DNA from: Mobula hypostoma
Taxonomy: Eukaryota
Assembly (NCBI RefSeq): GCF_963921235.1
Contig: NC_086108.1
Span: 47,184,001-47,248,000, forward strand
Reading direction: 5' to 3'
Length of the DNA: 64,000 nt
The notes under the pieces were generated by a model, which worked only from the letters and a program-made list of their open reading frames with translations, was not told the DNA's origin and ran no database searches. Below, one piece after another: positions 25,370 to 38,500 of the stretch (the first letter of the stretch is position 1; the number at the start of each line of letters is the position of its first letter). The position numbers and the translations under genes were made by a program.

Positions 25370-27860
25370 GCATTGTGATGTTAACTTGCACATGAAGGCT
25401 GATGCAAGTGCATATAAGTTTGATATAATAGCGATAACTGAAACTGGGCTGACCTCGCAGGATCGTGATGAATATGGTATTAAAGGATATACTTAGGAAC
25501 ACTAGGCAAGATCATAAAGGTAGAGGAGTAGCCATATACGTAAGAGAGAATTTAAACATGAAGCTGCCTATGGCAGGAGATTAATCGAGACTTAGTGGGC
25601 AAGAATTGAAAGGAATAACACCAGGTGTATGTTATAGACCCCCCATGCTGATGGTGATTTTAATAAACAACTCTATCAGCGCAACAAATTCCAAGGGTGA
25701 TGTTATGGTTATAGGTGACTTTAATTTCCCAAATACTGAGTGGGAGAACCCAGTGACTGATGGATTACAGGAAGTGAATTCATTGAGTTTTTGAATGAGT
25801 GCTTTTTGACCCAATACGTTAATGCACCAACAAGAGGGGAGGCCTGTCTAGATTTGATATTCTGTAACAAGCAGGGTAGAATTTTGAGTATGGAAGGTGT
25901 TGAGCCTTTAGGAATAAGTGACATAACGTTGTTAGTCTCGAAGTCTTTTTTGGGAAAGTATATCAGTAAAAACCAAAACCATTAAATTGAATTTCAGAAA
26001 GGTAAAGTTTGTGCAGATCCGACGAAGACTTCTGAAGGTAAACTGGAAGAACTGCTTGATGTTGAATCAGTTGAGGAACAATGGGGTTGATTTAAAGAGG
26101 TGATACACACAGTGCAGGAAATGTTCATACCCAAGGTCGGGAGAAGAAGTAAAAACCATAGATCAACTACATGGATGAATAAATTATATACATAAAAGAT
26201 TATTGAAGAAAAGACAGCCATATAAGAAATACAGGAAAAAATAGTAATGATGTTAACCGTAGGGCATATGAAAGTATGAGAGCTACAGTCAAGAGGGAAA
26301 TTCAGATTGCCAAAAGACAGGTTGAGAAGGATATTACTGATAATGCTAAGATTAACCCCAAGAGATTTTTTTCAATACTTCAGTCATCAAAGAAGAAGTT
26401 AAGTGTGTTGGGAATAATAGTGGGTTGTTAAATTATGCAGAGAAGGGCATAGTAGATATTCTTGACTCATATTTTGCTAAAGTATTTACCTGCAAAGATG
26501 CTAGCAATATGCAGTCAGTGTAGAAAGAAATAAGGTTGTTTTAAGCGACTTAGAGATCTCAGAAAGTGAGATCCTGCTTCAGCTGAAAAGGCTGAAAGTT
26601 ACTAAAACTCCAAGGCCAGACAACGTTTATCCAAGAGTACTTAAGTACGAGAGTACAAGAGTTTGTGATTTATATATGCAAACCCCTAACATGTATTTTA
26701 CAAAAGTCATTGAAGACTGGTGAAATCTCTAAGGACTGGATATGGGCTAACGTGGTCCCAGTATATCAGAAGGGTGACTGCAATGACCCTGGTAGCTATA
26801 GACCAGTAAGCTTAATGTGTATCGCAGGCAAGATAATGAAACGTTAATAAAGAATGAGATGGAAAAGCAGCTGATAAGAACAGGCAATGTTAGCAGAAAG
26901 CCAGTATGGGTTCAGAAAGGGGAAATCATTTTTACTAATATGCTGGAGCTCTCTGAAGAGGCAACTGAAATTTCTGATAACAAGGGAGCAGTTGATGTCA
27001 TTTACTTGGACTTTCAGAGGGCTTTTGACAAGGTACACCATGAGAGGTTAATAATCAAATTACAGGAGGTAGGGATTCAGGGTAAGGTGTGCAAATGGGT
27101 GCAAAATTGGCTCGAAAACAGAAAACAACAAGTTAAGTTTGAGGGGATCATTTTCACACCTAGAAGATGTTGAAAGTGGAATTTCGCAGGGATTGGCTTT
27201 GGGGCCGCCGCTGTTTTTAATTTGCATTAATGATTTGGATAAGCACAGAACAAAATAAAGTTTGCCGATGACACAAAATTAAGGGGACAGGCTGATAACA
27301 TTCAGGCAGCGGAATCAATACAGTGAGATCTACGCAAAATTAAGAGGTGGGCAAATAAATGGCAGGTGAAATTTAATGTCAGTAAATGTAAAATATTACA
27401 TATAGGAAGTAGAAATATTAGATATAAATAAACAATGGGGGATGTCTTGAGTTAGAAAGTACACTGTATATGAAGAATATAGGCATCCTGGTCGACTCAT
27501 CACTATCAACATCTAGACAATGCACAGAAGCGATTAGGAAGGCTAATAGAATGTTGGGCTATATAATGCACTCAGTGGAGTTCAGGTAAAGAGATGTTCT
27601 CCTTAAGCAGTATAATGCACTAGTGAGGGTACACTTTGAATGCTGTGTGCAGTTTTGGTCTCCATATTGTGTGAGGGATGTGAGACACTGAAGACAGCCC
27701 AGAGAAGGGTGACTAGACTCGTTCCAGGTCTGCAGGTATGAGCTATGAAGAAAGATTGAAAGAATTAAATCTTTTTAGCCTGTAGAATGAGAGGAGACAC
27801 GATAGAAGTGTTCAAAGTCATTAAGGGTGTAAATAAAGTGGTCGGCAGCCACTGCTTCTT
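25370..27860 (+). mobile_element. Old, AT-rich CR1 ORF2 of a lineage distinct from the other copies
   Basis: IAITETG, GVCYRPP, GDFNFP, PTRGEACLDL, YLDFQRAFDKV and KFADDTKL, all disrupted. Confidence 0.85.
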
Positions 27861-27944
27861 GATCAACCAGGGCATCAGAAGTTATGGGGAGAAGGCAGGA
27901 GAATGGGGTTGAGAGCAAAAATAGATCAGTTTCTTATGGTTATC

Positions 27945-28263
27945 CATGCCAAGACTCAAAATAGTTACTTTTGTCAAGCAGTAAGGCTGATCCACACCAC
28001 ACTCCCATCACCACCACCACGATTACTTTATTATTTCTTGTCAGTCTCACCTCACGTACAGACACTCCTGTGCCTCGTCTCACTTTATGGACGTATAATC
28101 TACGTATATTATCTAATTATGTATTTATATTTGTGTTTTTTATTATGGCTTTCTTTTATCTTATTGTGGTTTTTTGTGCTGCATTGGAGCTGGAGTAACA
28201 ATTATTTTGTTCTCCTTTACACTTTTGTACTAGAAATGACATTAAGCAATCTTGAATCTTGAA
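27945..28263 (+). mobile_element. Rex1-like 3' UTR fragment
   Basis: Ends ATTAAGCAATCTTGAATCTTGAA, a Rex-type tail. Confidence 0.6.
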
Positions 28264-28750
28264 TGTATTATGGGCATTGTAGAACAGGCCAGCATGTATT
28301 TTGTGGGGAATGACTCTGTTTCAATGGAGAACTTCACATCACAGACTAACAATCTATGGTTACACATCAACTGAACAAGAGTCTAAAGTTCTGTCTGGAA
28401 GGGAATGGGTGCACTTAATGAATCCCTATAACAACTGTTATGCATATTTTAATATATACACAAACTTATTACAAGGTGTAAAAATTGGTTGAAACTTATA
28501 TTTTCGTATAAGATATGAATTGACTAGTGGTTTCACTGTCTTAGAATCCTTTGACATGACAAATTTTTCTTAATTTTCACAGTTGTTTCCCAGAGTTTAA
28601 AGCAATCCCTTGCAATGTAATAATTTAATAAAAGCCTTAATTTGTTCCTTAATACACATTACTTTACCAAACAAACTTCCTGGATTTTAACAAATAAGTT
28701 TGGAACTCATTTCCGTTGTTTCCCATGTGTATCTAATGTATTTCACTCAC

Positions 28751-28919
28751 CGTCCTTCCTTGAAATGTCTGTCAACTGTTTGGTCTCACAGTCTGAGTTC
28801 CAGATCTGTCCAGGATTAAAGTGAAAAATCTCCGAAAATGTTCCCAATTGCTGCTGGATCATGTTTCCACTCACCCTTTGTAACCACCAACAGAGCAATG
28901 GGAGCCATTGGATATTCAT
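28751..28919 (-). CDS. TOR3A: Torsin-3A-like coding exon 1 (signal-peptide-like MNIQWLPLLCWWLQRVSG...DISRKD)
   Basis: Inside ORF 28743..28997. ATG at 28919, G|GTGAGT donor; phase 1 matches the next exon. Hydrophobic N-terminus, poorly conserved. Confidence 0.7.
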
Positions 28920-29334
28920 TAGGGAGGTAGCAGGAGCTGTAAAGCGGTGATTGGGAGGGGGATTAGGGATGAGAAAGGAGCAGCAGAAAACTCTCACTGC
29001 CTAAACTTTTCATTCTTGGTTAATATTTACCTTTTAGTCACGTGGACTGCCTCAGTCGGGTTGGTGACCTTAACAAGCCAGGTTATTTTCCAACTATTGC
29101 TGAAATAAATTACTATGTTTACTGTAAAGGAGGGAGAGGTTTCTATGAATTTTAGGCAGAGTATTCTCATTAATAAGATTACTGCATGGAATGGGATATA
29201 TACACTGGATGGTATACATTTCAGACGTGAGTTAGACAGTGCTTCCTAGTAAATTGGTTTCATATTGTCACATGCAACAAGGTCCAGTGAAACAGTGCAC
29301 GTAATCAGTAAGATGCAAGGCCATAACAAGGTAT

Positions 29335-31140
29335 GAACTGAATTGAATTGACTTTATTTTTTACATCCTTCACATACATGAGGAGTAAAAATTTTTAAAT
29401 GTCCCTGTCTAAATGTGCAATGTGAAGTTTATTTATAATCATTTGTAATAAACAGTATGTACAACAGGACAGTCAATATAACAATGAAATACAGTTGTGT
29501 CAGCGTGAATTAATCAGTCTGATGGCCTGGTGGAAGAAGCTGTTCTGGAGCCTGTTGGTCCTGGCTTTTATGCTGCGGTACCGTTTCCCAGATGGTAGCA
29601 GCTGGAACAGTTTGTGGTCAGGGTGACTCAGGTCCCCAGTGATCCTTCTGCAGAGTCCTGTGATTGAGGGAAGTACAGTTCCCATACCAGGCAGTGATGC
29701 AGCCAGTCAGGATGCTCTCAATTGTGCCCTTGTAGAAAGTCCTTATTATGCGGTGACTCGTGCCAAACTTCTTCAACCGTCTGAGGTGAAAGAGGAGCTG
29801 TTGTGCCTTTTTCACTACACAGCTGGTATGTACAAACCACATGAGATCCTCAGTGATGTGTATGCCAAGGAACTTAAAGCTGTTCACCCTCTCAACCCCA
29901 GATCCATTTATGTCAATAGGGGTTAGCCTGTCTCCGTTCTTCCTGTTGTCCAGAACCAGCTCCTTTGTTTTTGTGACATTGAGGGAGAGGTTGTTTTCTT
30001 GACACTACTGTGTCAGGGTGATGACTTCTTCTCTGTAGGCCACCTCATTATTGTTTGAGGTAAGGCCAATCAATGTAGTGTCGTCAGCAAATTTAATTGA
30101 CAGATTGGAGCTGTGGGTGGCGACACAGTCATGGATATACAGAGAGTAAAAGAGCCCTGAGGGACTCCTGTGTTGAGGGTCAGAGGGGCAGAGGTGAGGG
30201 AGCCCATTCTTACCACCTACCAGGGATCTGACAGGAAGTCCATGATCCAGCTACACAAGGCAGGGTGAAGGCCAAGATCTCTGAGCATCTTGCCAAGCCT
30301 GGAGGGAATTATGGTGTTGAATGCTGAACTGTAGTCCAAGAACAGCATTCTCACATAAGTATCCCTCTTCTCCAGATGTGCAACTATGGTCTGTAGAGCT
30401 GTGGCTATTGTGTCATCTGTCGGTCGGTTGTGTCGGTAGGCGAATTGTAGGGGGTCCAGTGTGGGTGGGAGCATGCTGCAGATGTAGTTTTCGACCAGCC
30501 TCTCAAAGCATTTGCTTATTATTGAGGTGAGTGTGACAGGACGCCAATCATTCAGACATGTTACCTGGGTCTTTTTAGGTTCAGGGACAATGGTGGATGT
30601 TTTGAAACAGGAGGGCACTCTACACTGGGAGAGGGAGAGATTAAAAATGTCTGCAAACACAGCTGCCAGTTGTACCGCACACATCCAGAGTACCCGCCCT
30701 GAAATGCCGCCGGGTCCCGCAGCCTTGTGACTCATTGGAAACACCTGCGTACTTCAGCCTCAGAGATGACCAAGGTGCAGGTCGCTTCAGTGGCTCTCCT
30801 CAGGCTCAGTATTGGCGACGTCGAACCGAGAGTAAAAAAGATTTAGCTTACCCGGGAGAGAGGCAGCGATGTGATTGTGAGGTCAAGTCCACCTTATCAT
30901 GCTATAGTGGGAGTCTTTGATTATGTTGTATGCTTTTCTGAGGCAGCAATGTGTTGACAGAGTCCATGGAGGTGGGGGGCAGGCTGAGCTGCGTCCACAA
31001 CTCTCTGCAAATTCCTGCAGCCAGGGCAAAGCATTTGTCATACCAACTCATGATGTGCCCAGATAGGATGCATTGATAAGAATTGTTAATGGTCGAAGGG
31101 GAAATGCAAGTTCCTTTTGGCTTCCTGAGAAAGTGGAGCA
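29335..31140 (-). mobile_element. Rex1/Babar LINE RT fragments (at least two pieces)
   Basis: ORFs 30217..30744 ([31 protein letters not shown]) and 29618..29887; (AATTC)n tail at about 29340. Confidence 0.88.
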
Positions 31141-31334
31141 ACGTTTTTTTAATTACATCAGGGAACATAAATCTAGTGTCTGCTAAAGCCCGATTTAAAA
31201 ATAAATGTTTCTCAATTCCTAGTGATGAGGGAGACCACATTCCACATTTACGCTAAATGATAATTAGTTCACTGAGGACAGTTGACCCATTTAACATCAT
31301 CCAGTCAGAAAAACCTTAAGACTCACCCCAGCTG

Positions 31335-33890
31335 TAGAACATAACAGCACCACACAAGCTCGTCTGCCCACAATGCTGTGTTGATCTTTTAAGCTACTCC
31401 AAGACCAATTTACCTCTTCCCTTCTACATAGTCCTCCATTTTTCTATCACTCATGGTCTTTTAAGAGACGCCTGGATAGGCACATGGAGCTCAGAGAAAC
31501 AGAGGGCTATGGGTAACCCTAGGTAATTTTTAAAGTAAGTACATGTTTGACACAGCATTTTGGGCTGAAGGGCCTGTATTATGTTGTAGGTTTTCTATGT
31601 TTCTATGTGCCTACCTACAAACTTCTTAAAATGTCCCTAACGTATCTGCCTCTCCCACAATGCCTGGCAGGGTATTCCATGCACCCGCAACTCTGTAAAA
31701 AATTACCTCTGATATCCCTCTCGTTTGTTCCTCCAGTCACCTTAAAATTATGCCTCCTCATATCAGCCATTTCTGCCGAGCATGTTGCAAACTCAGCCAG
31801 CTCCATCATCAGCACCAGCTTCCTCAGCATCGAGGACATCTTCAAAAAGCAATGCCTGAAAAAGCCGACATCTATCATTAATGACTCCCGTCACCCAGGG
31901 CATGCCCTCTTCTCATTGCTACTACCAAGGAGGATGTACAGGAGCCTCAAGACACAGACTCTATGCTTTAGGAACAAATTTTTCATTTCTGTCATCATAT
32001 TTCTAAATGGACAACGAACCCATATATACTATCTCAATACTTTTTTCTCTCTTTTATCACTATTTAATTTTCTAAAATATATTTGCTTTTGTAATTTATA
32101 TATTTTTTATTATGTGTGCAATACGCTGCAGCCACAAAGCAACAAATTTCTGTCGATGGCAGGGATATTAAGGCTGATTCAGATTCAACATTCTAACTGT
32201 GTTTAAACCAGCTGCAACATTACTTCACGTCTCTTGAACTCAGTCCCCCAACCAATGAAGGCCAACACACCATACATCGTTTTAACAATTCTATCAACTT
32301 GCATGGCAACTTTGAGGGATCTAAGGACATAGACCCCATGATCCCTCTGTTCCTTCACACAGTTAACCTCGTATTCTTCAAATTCACTCTTCGACTTTTC
32401 TGGATTGAACTCCATCTGCCTCTTCTCAGGCCAGCAATGCATCCGATCAATGCCTGCTGTAATCTACACAATCCACACCAGTACCTTTGTGTCTTCTTCA
32501 AGCCTCTTATCTTCACCTTGCCACTTCCTCGTCTGAGTCATATATATAAAAGTCATAAAGGGCAGGAGTCCTGGAGGGCGAAGCAAAGTGATGATGGTGC
32601 TAGATGGCAACCCCTTTGCTTGGGTCTTCGGAAACAGCTCCATTTCTATCTTTGATATATCTTTTTCCCCCCTGACCTGGAGTTAAACTCTGACTTTGGT
32701 TCTTTGTGGGAATGGGACCTGCTCTCAGTGCCTCCTGACCAGCCACTTTTTGATATCCCAAAGATGCAGCTTGAAAGACTAGCATGCTTTCAGGGTGCCA
32801 GGTTTCTGTGTCTCTGGAGATGGGCTGATTCAAGGTCGGCATCCCTGACTAAGGCTTTGTAGAAGAACACAGAACATCAGGAGCAGTAGGTTAGCTGCCG
32901 TGGGCTGTGTGTCCTGAGACCTGAACTGTCTGGGTGCAGAGCTTGGAAAAAGGATGTCTATTGTATACATTTCTCTGACATTAAATGTACCTATTGAAAT
33001 ATATCCCTGCAGAACACACTGGGTACCGATCTCAGGCAGACTAAGTTTCAACTACTGCCACCTTCTGCCTGCTATGGGCAATTCTGAATCAACACAACCA
33101 CATTTCCCTGGATCCCATGCCCTCTGAACTTTCTGAACGAGCTCACCATTGGTAACCTCATGAAATACCGTACTAAAATCTACAGTTACACAACATCCAC
33201 TACTCTACCTTCATCAATGTGCTTTGTCACATCCTCAAGAAATTCAATCAGGCTCATGAGGCATATAACCTGTCCTGCACAAAGCCATGCTGACTATCCC
33301 TAATCAGACTATACTTCTGCAAATGCTCAGAAATCCTGTCTTGAAGAACCTGCTCTAATAATTTGCCCACCACTAAAGTATGGCTCACTGGTCTAACTCT
33401 CTACTGCCCATCCTGCTGTTGGTGCTTAGGGCAGAAAGGAAGGTCCTCTATCTCTGGCAGTGTTCAGGGCTTCCTTCATCATGTCGGTAGCTTGGTCTTC
33501 ACTACTGTCAGTCATGCAACTCTCAGAGGAGACTCGGGAATACCGTCACACTTAGATGTAGGATTCTTCATTGGTGTTTCCATAACAGTTTTGTTTTACC
33601 AGTCAGGGTTGTTAGCCCTGAGCTGAACCCCCAAACCTGGAGGATCGTTGGACCACTCTTAGTCTGACCCTACCAAGAGCCAAACTATGAAGCCCTGACT
33701 CCAGCCAATATAGATCTCTGGGTCATTGAGGCTTACAAGCCTCCAGACCCTATGACAAGGTTGTGGTCCTCTTGGAGGTACTGGTCTATGAATCCCAGGA
33801 TTATCCCTGTTGCCTTTCTTGAACAAAGAAATAACATTTGCCACCCTCCAGTCATCTGGTATTATGTCTATGGCCAGTGAGGACCGTGGC
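31335..33890. mobile_element. Mosaic of CR1 (-) fragments, a CR1 tail (+), a Rex 3' fragment (+, ~31780-32190) and other repeat debris
   Basis: Motifs WQMEFNPEK-like, DWRVANVISLFKKG and HPGHALFSLL. Confidence 0.7.
33396..33779 (-). mobile_element. Short RTE-derived element, family A (second copy)
   Basis: Reverse-complement homologue of 765-1168. 9-bp TSD ACTGGTCTA at 33387-95 and 33780-88. Confidence 0.72.
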
Positions 33891-35576
33891 ATGCTATTGG
33901 TTCTTCAGCAAATTTTAACGTTTTTAACCTCCCTGCTGTATCCATAACTGCAATTTTGTTGCATATTTTTAATCCAAGAACTGCTTCCTGACATCACACT
34001 ATAATTTGTCATTAATTAATTTTGATTTATGTATTTTGTAGGAAAAATCATTTTAATTATCCCTCTTCATAATATTGAATAAGGAAAAAAAAAGTTCAGG
34101 TCTCTCCTACCTTTGACCTGTCAGTATGGGTCAGCTTCAGGACTCTTACCTGCACTATCAGCAGCACGTGAATCTCTGTCTTACGCATCAATAATCTGAA
34201 CTGAACACTGGAATGGTGTTGCTTTGGCCACATAGCTCAACACTCATTAAACTTTGGATGCTGCGTAGCAATTGGAGATGTAGAGCATCATTCAATATGG
34301 CTCACATCTCCACTAACTTCAATGGAGCTTTTAAAAAAAATGTTCTCAGTATGTGTTTGTTGCTAGCAAGGCTATAATACCCAACACTTGAACTCAAAGA
34401 TCTCTGAAATAGCACTGTCACCAAGCTGGTGGATTTGCAGTTACGTACAGGGCAGACCAGCTAGGGATTGTGGGCTTCCTTCGTTCACAAATTCAAAATC
34501 AAAGAGCTGCACTTTAATAAAAAATCACCAATTTTATGGTCATTCCAGATTTACTTTACAGATTTAAGGTGAAATGAAGCACATCATACTCAACACATCT
34601 TTATTAAAGAGAGAAGCACCTATTAATGATTTATTTACTCTTCCCAGTATGGGACAGAATGATGGGGTGAAAAGAGAGAATGAAAAGCTAGAGCTGAATT
34701 ATTAGATGCTAAGCAATACAGCATGTGCTACCTCCTACTGACCTTATTATGTTTTCAATGATTTACTTGCTATTCATCTCAGAAGCCAAATTATAGAAAC
34801 ATAGGATCCTAAACTAACAAGATCCCCACTGAAAAATAATAATGAGATTTTCTCCTTTGCTGAAATTGCAGTGTGTAAATCAACCCACACAGAGCTGGAT
34901 CAGAGAAAAAATGTGTAGGTGCTGGAAACCCAAAATAAAAGCACAAGATGTTGGCAACACCAGTGTAGGAGCGACATCACATGAACTGCGATAATTCTAG
35001 AGGTAGTGCCCACCCACCCCCAGGATTTTCATTTTATAGCTATCTAGTTTCTAATTTCAGAAACAGAATGCCATAAATGATGAATAATGTTCTTGAATTC
35101 AATTTTATGTAATTCAATTGTCATCTCCTGCAGTGTCTAGCACACTTCCACTATCACACCTCCTTAGTTCTCCAACTTTACGGGCGCATTCTTCAGCCCA
35201 GTCTGTACAAAGTCCACATATCTTTGTGCATGACTCTCCTTTCCTCTCCACGTCATCTCCAAGAATCCATTCTTGTTTTCCTTATTTTTGGATTGACCTT
35301 GGTGTCACTCACCAGCTTCTGCATGCATGCTGTTAACATCCAGAACATAGCAGGTAAATGCTTTAAGCATATTACTTACTTACTCATTGGAAGTTTTTTG
35401 ATGATACTGATTCATAAAACTATCAAGAACATTATGCTTTTAAGAAGATGTATCAAACAGGTATGTACTTTATATTCAGTTATAGTGTATATAAATTTCA
35501 ATGCCAAAAGATTAATAGACAAATTTAAAACAAAATTTTGAAGTTTCAATATGAATTCCAACATTAGGGCATCCTT

Positions 35577-38500
35577 TTTATTGTGATTTTTTTAGATCAA
35601 CAAATTGAAAGAGACTTCATTATATTTACATCGGTTTATTAAATCTTTACAGTCAGAACTAATCACAGTAATCAAATGCAGAAATATATACAGTGATCAT
35701 ATCTACAAAATTAACCAGATCCTTTTATATCAGTTTACATTTTACAGCTGTCAATATTATTTACAGGGTTTTCTGCAGTGCGTGCACCATTCTGCTATAG
35801 AAAGACATGAACTCCAGCACTTGCTGTGCAAATTCTACAAATTAAGGGACACAGTATGCCACAGTCACAATGAAGGAACAGGTTCCAATGTTAAATTTAA
35901 TTACAATTAAAATTAAGTCTTCTGAGAAAAGAAAATACATAGCTTTTTTTTTAAATCAGTACTATGCTAAAGTTTCTTTCCCTTAAAAAATAAATTGTAT
36001 ATTTTGGATACCTTATTTTTTGCATGTTTTTATTTTAACATGAAACTGACATTTCCCATCTGATCTTAAACCTTTGTGACATGATGCAGCTCAGTGCCGC
36101 ACCACCCACAGGACGTCAAAATCAATAATCTAATGAGTCTTGGCAACAGTGCATCAGCCAATGCGTTGGAGGTGGATAGACCATATGACACAAATCAAAG
36201 TGTCCATTGAAAACCAAGAAAGATCAATGTTCTCACTAAATGAGAACAAGGAACAAATACTACAGAAATGTCTCCCAGTAAAACAAAGATAATTTCCCCT
36301 AGAAAAATGCACTGAGTGAAAGATTTTTTGGACATAAGTTACATGCATTACACTCGTCACTTAAAACAGTGTTGTCCCCATGCCTATTTGACAGGGGAAT
36401 TGTCCAGTCTTCTCTACTTTGGCGGGCTACAGTGTTATCACCAATTGCAACCTACAAATGAGTAAAATCCTCGTTGTTGGACATCTAAAAAATATTGGAA
36501 ATACTCAGCAGGTTGGACAGTGTTGGTGGGAGGTTGTAATAGCTGATGCTGCACAAAGCAATGCCAGCTTTAAAATGTCAGTGGCTTCTCTTCCAACCCC
36601 ATATTTATTGGCTGATCTGCAAAATGTTTTTCAGCATTTTTTGTTTCATACAGGGCTGGTAAATTCCCTTCATTTATTTGGGTTTCTTGGTTTGAAAGTT
36701 CAATAGAGATCCTCTGTTACATTTAGACCTAGAAAATAATCCTATATCCTTTGAAACGCTTGTAGTTGAGAATGGACATGATAACAGATAACACTTAGCT
36801 GTTTTGTAATCACTCAGTCAATATGACAGATCATGAAAAGAATAAACATAGCTGTTGTGTGCTCTGTATCCTGCTCAAAATACAGGAACACATCTTCATA
36901 CTACTTCACCATAAAGTCATACAGAAAGAGTAAAATTGTTTACTGATCCTTCCCTTCCAATTAAAATAAAAAGGGTTTTTAGTGCCTACTTTTGCCATAG
37001 TAAATGGTTAAGCAATTTAATATTGCAGATGCACTTAAGAGTTCATCAATCTGGAAAAAGGAAAAGTATGTCGCATCCGGAGTTTCTCCGGTTAGCGGAC
37101 GATATTTCCCTCCACGCCTCTTTGACGTAGTGGGGAACCGCATACAAGGCAAGTTACAGCAGTGGTTTGCCATTGCCTTCTGCTGGGTGAGTTTCCAAAG
37201 AGATCACCAGCTCGTAACCCAGCATAGATGGAAAGCGTGCAGGGGAGCTGGCTGGATTTGAACTCAGGACCTTTCGTCCCAAAATCCGGCACTGATGCCA
37301 CTAGGCCACCAGCCGGTTCCGTCAATCTGGACCATAGTGATATAGGTAACTTTAACAATAATTAAAAAAAACACTTCCTAATAATTTTCTAATAATTGTA
37401 ATATTTGGGTCAGCAAAGTAACAACTATCTGTATACCTCCTACATTCAGCAGCATCTAGGCAAAAGCTCTCTATATCTGCAGGATACCTGCTCAAATTAT
37501 AACATAACTATGGAATTAAACAGTTTTCAAAATTTGTCAACATCAATTATTATGTTATATAATAATGACCAGTAATATACACCATAGTTGGACACTGAGA
37601 AGGCTTACAAATTATGTTTTATGGAAATAATCATTAATATTGAAAAATAATGCCATACAGACTATCAAATCCATTGTGACAAAAGAACCTAAAGATCCTT
37701 GGCAGTTTTACCCTTTGAGAACTGGGAGCATTTCTTCAACCTGACACAAGTACAGGTTTTGAATACACAAAAAGTAAAGAAAATATCTCCATTTGATAGT
37801 GTGCGATTTACACTTATTTATAAGAATGTGCATTTTTTGCCATGTGCAAAGAGGGTTCAGTCCATAAGTGATTTACACTGCCTATCCCAAAAGATCTTAA
37901 TGTACACTACATGACTTAAAGACACAACATTACAAATGAAACATCAGGAAACAATATTTTCCATATCAATCACATTCAATATTTAAAACTGAATTCCAAA
38001 TATTCACCACTCTTGAAAATGTCCAACATTCTCCTACAACGAGCAACTGCTCAAAATGAAATTTAACTTGCAGGGATTTTCTACCAAAGGGTTTATTTTG
38101 CCCCACAGTTGAACTATTTGCACAGGGTAACAGAGGTTACAGAGTACACTAACATACAAGAACACAGCATATCAGTAAACTAATTTGTTAGAGAAGAAAA
38201 TTAGATCCATGAAACAACTGTGCCTTTTCAAAAGAATCTGTCTTGCTTCACACATTGTTGGGGATACAATCTGGCAACCGTTGTCTAGTTTCTAACATCT
38301 TAGCAAATTACTAATTCTTACACGCACCCAGTCACAGCCAAGAAGTATTGCGGCCATTGAATCTCTAAGTTGCCTTGGTCAAGCAATCAATTGAGAAACC
38401 TAATAGATCAAGGCACAAAACTTCTGCTTATGTAATAGAAGGGCACACTGACTTACATTTCCTTTTGCTAATCTAGTGACAATGAGATCAATTGTAATAT

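Noticed and set aside
29039..29065. ERSE/UPR element upstream of TOR3A
   Set aside because: CCACG is present but there is no CCAAT at the 9-nt spacing; only a generic CACGTG.
31547..32206. 219-aa ORF
   Set aside because: It runs across CR1 tail, antisense CR1 and Rex1 fragments; not a coherent protein.
37250..37320. tRNA gene
   Set aside because: A/B boxes are present, but I see no convincing cloverleaf and it continues into a SINE body.
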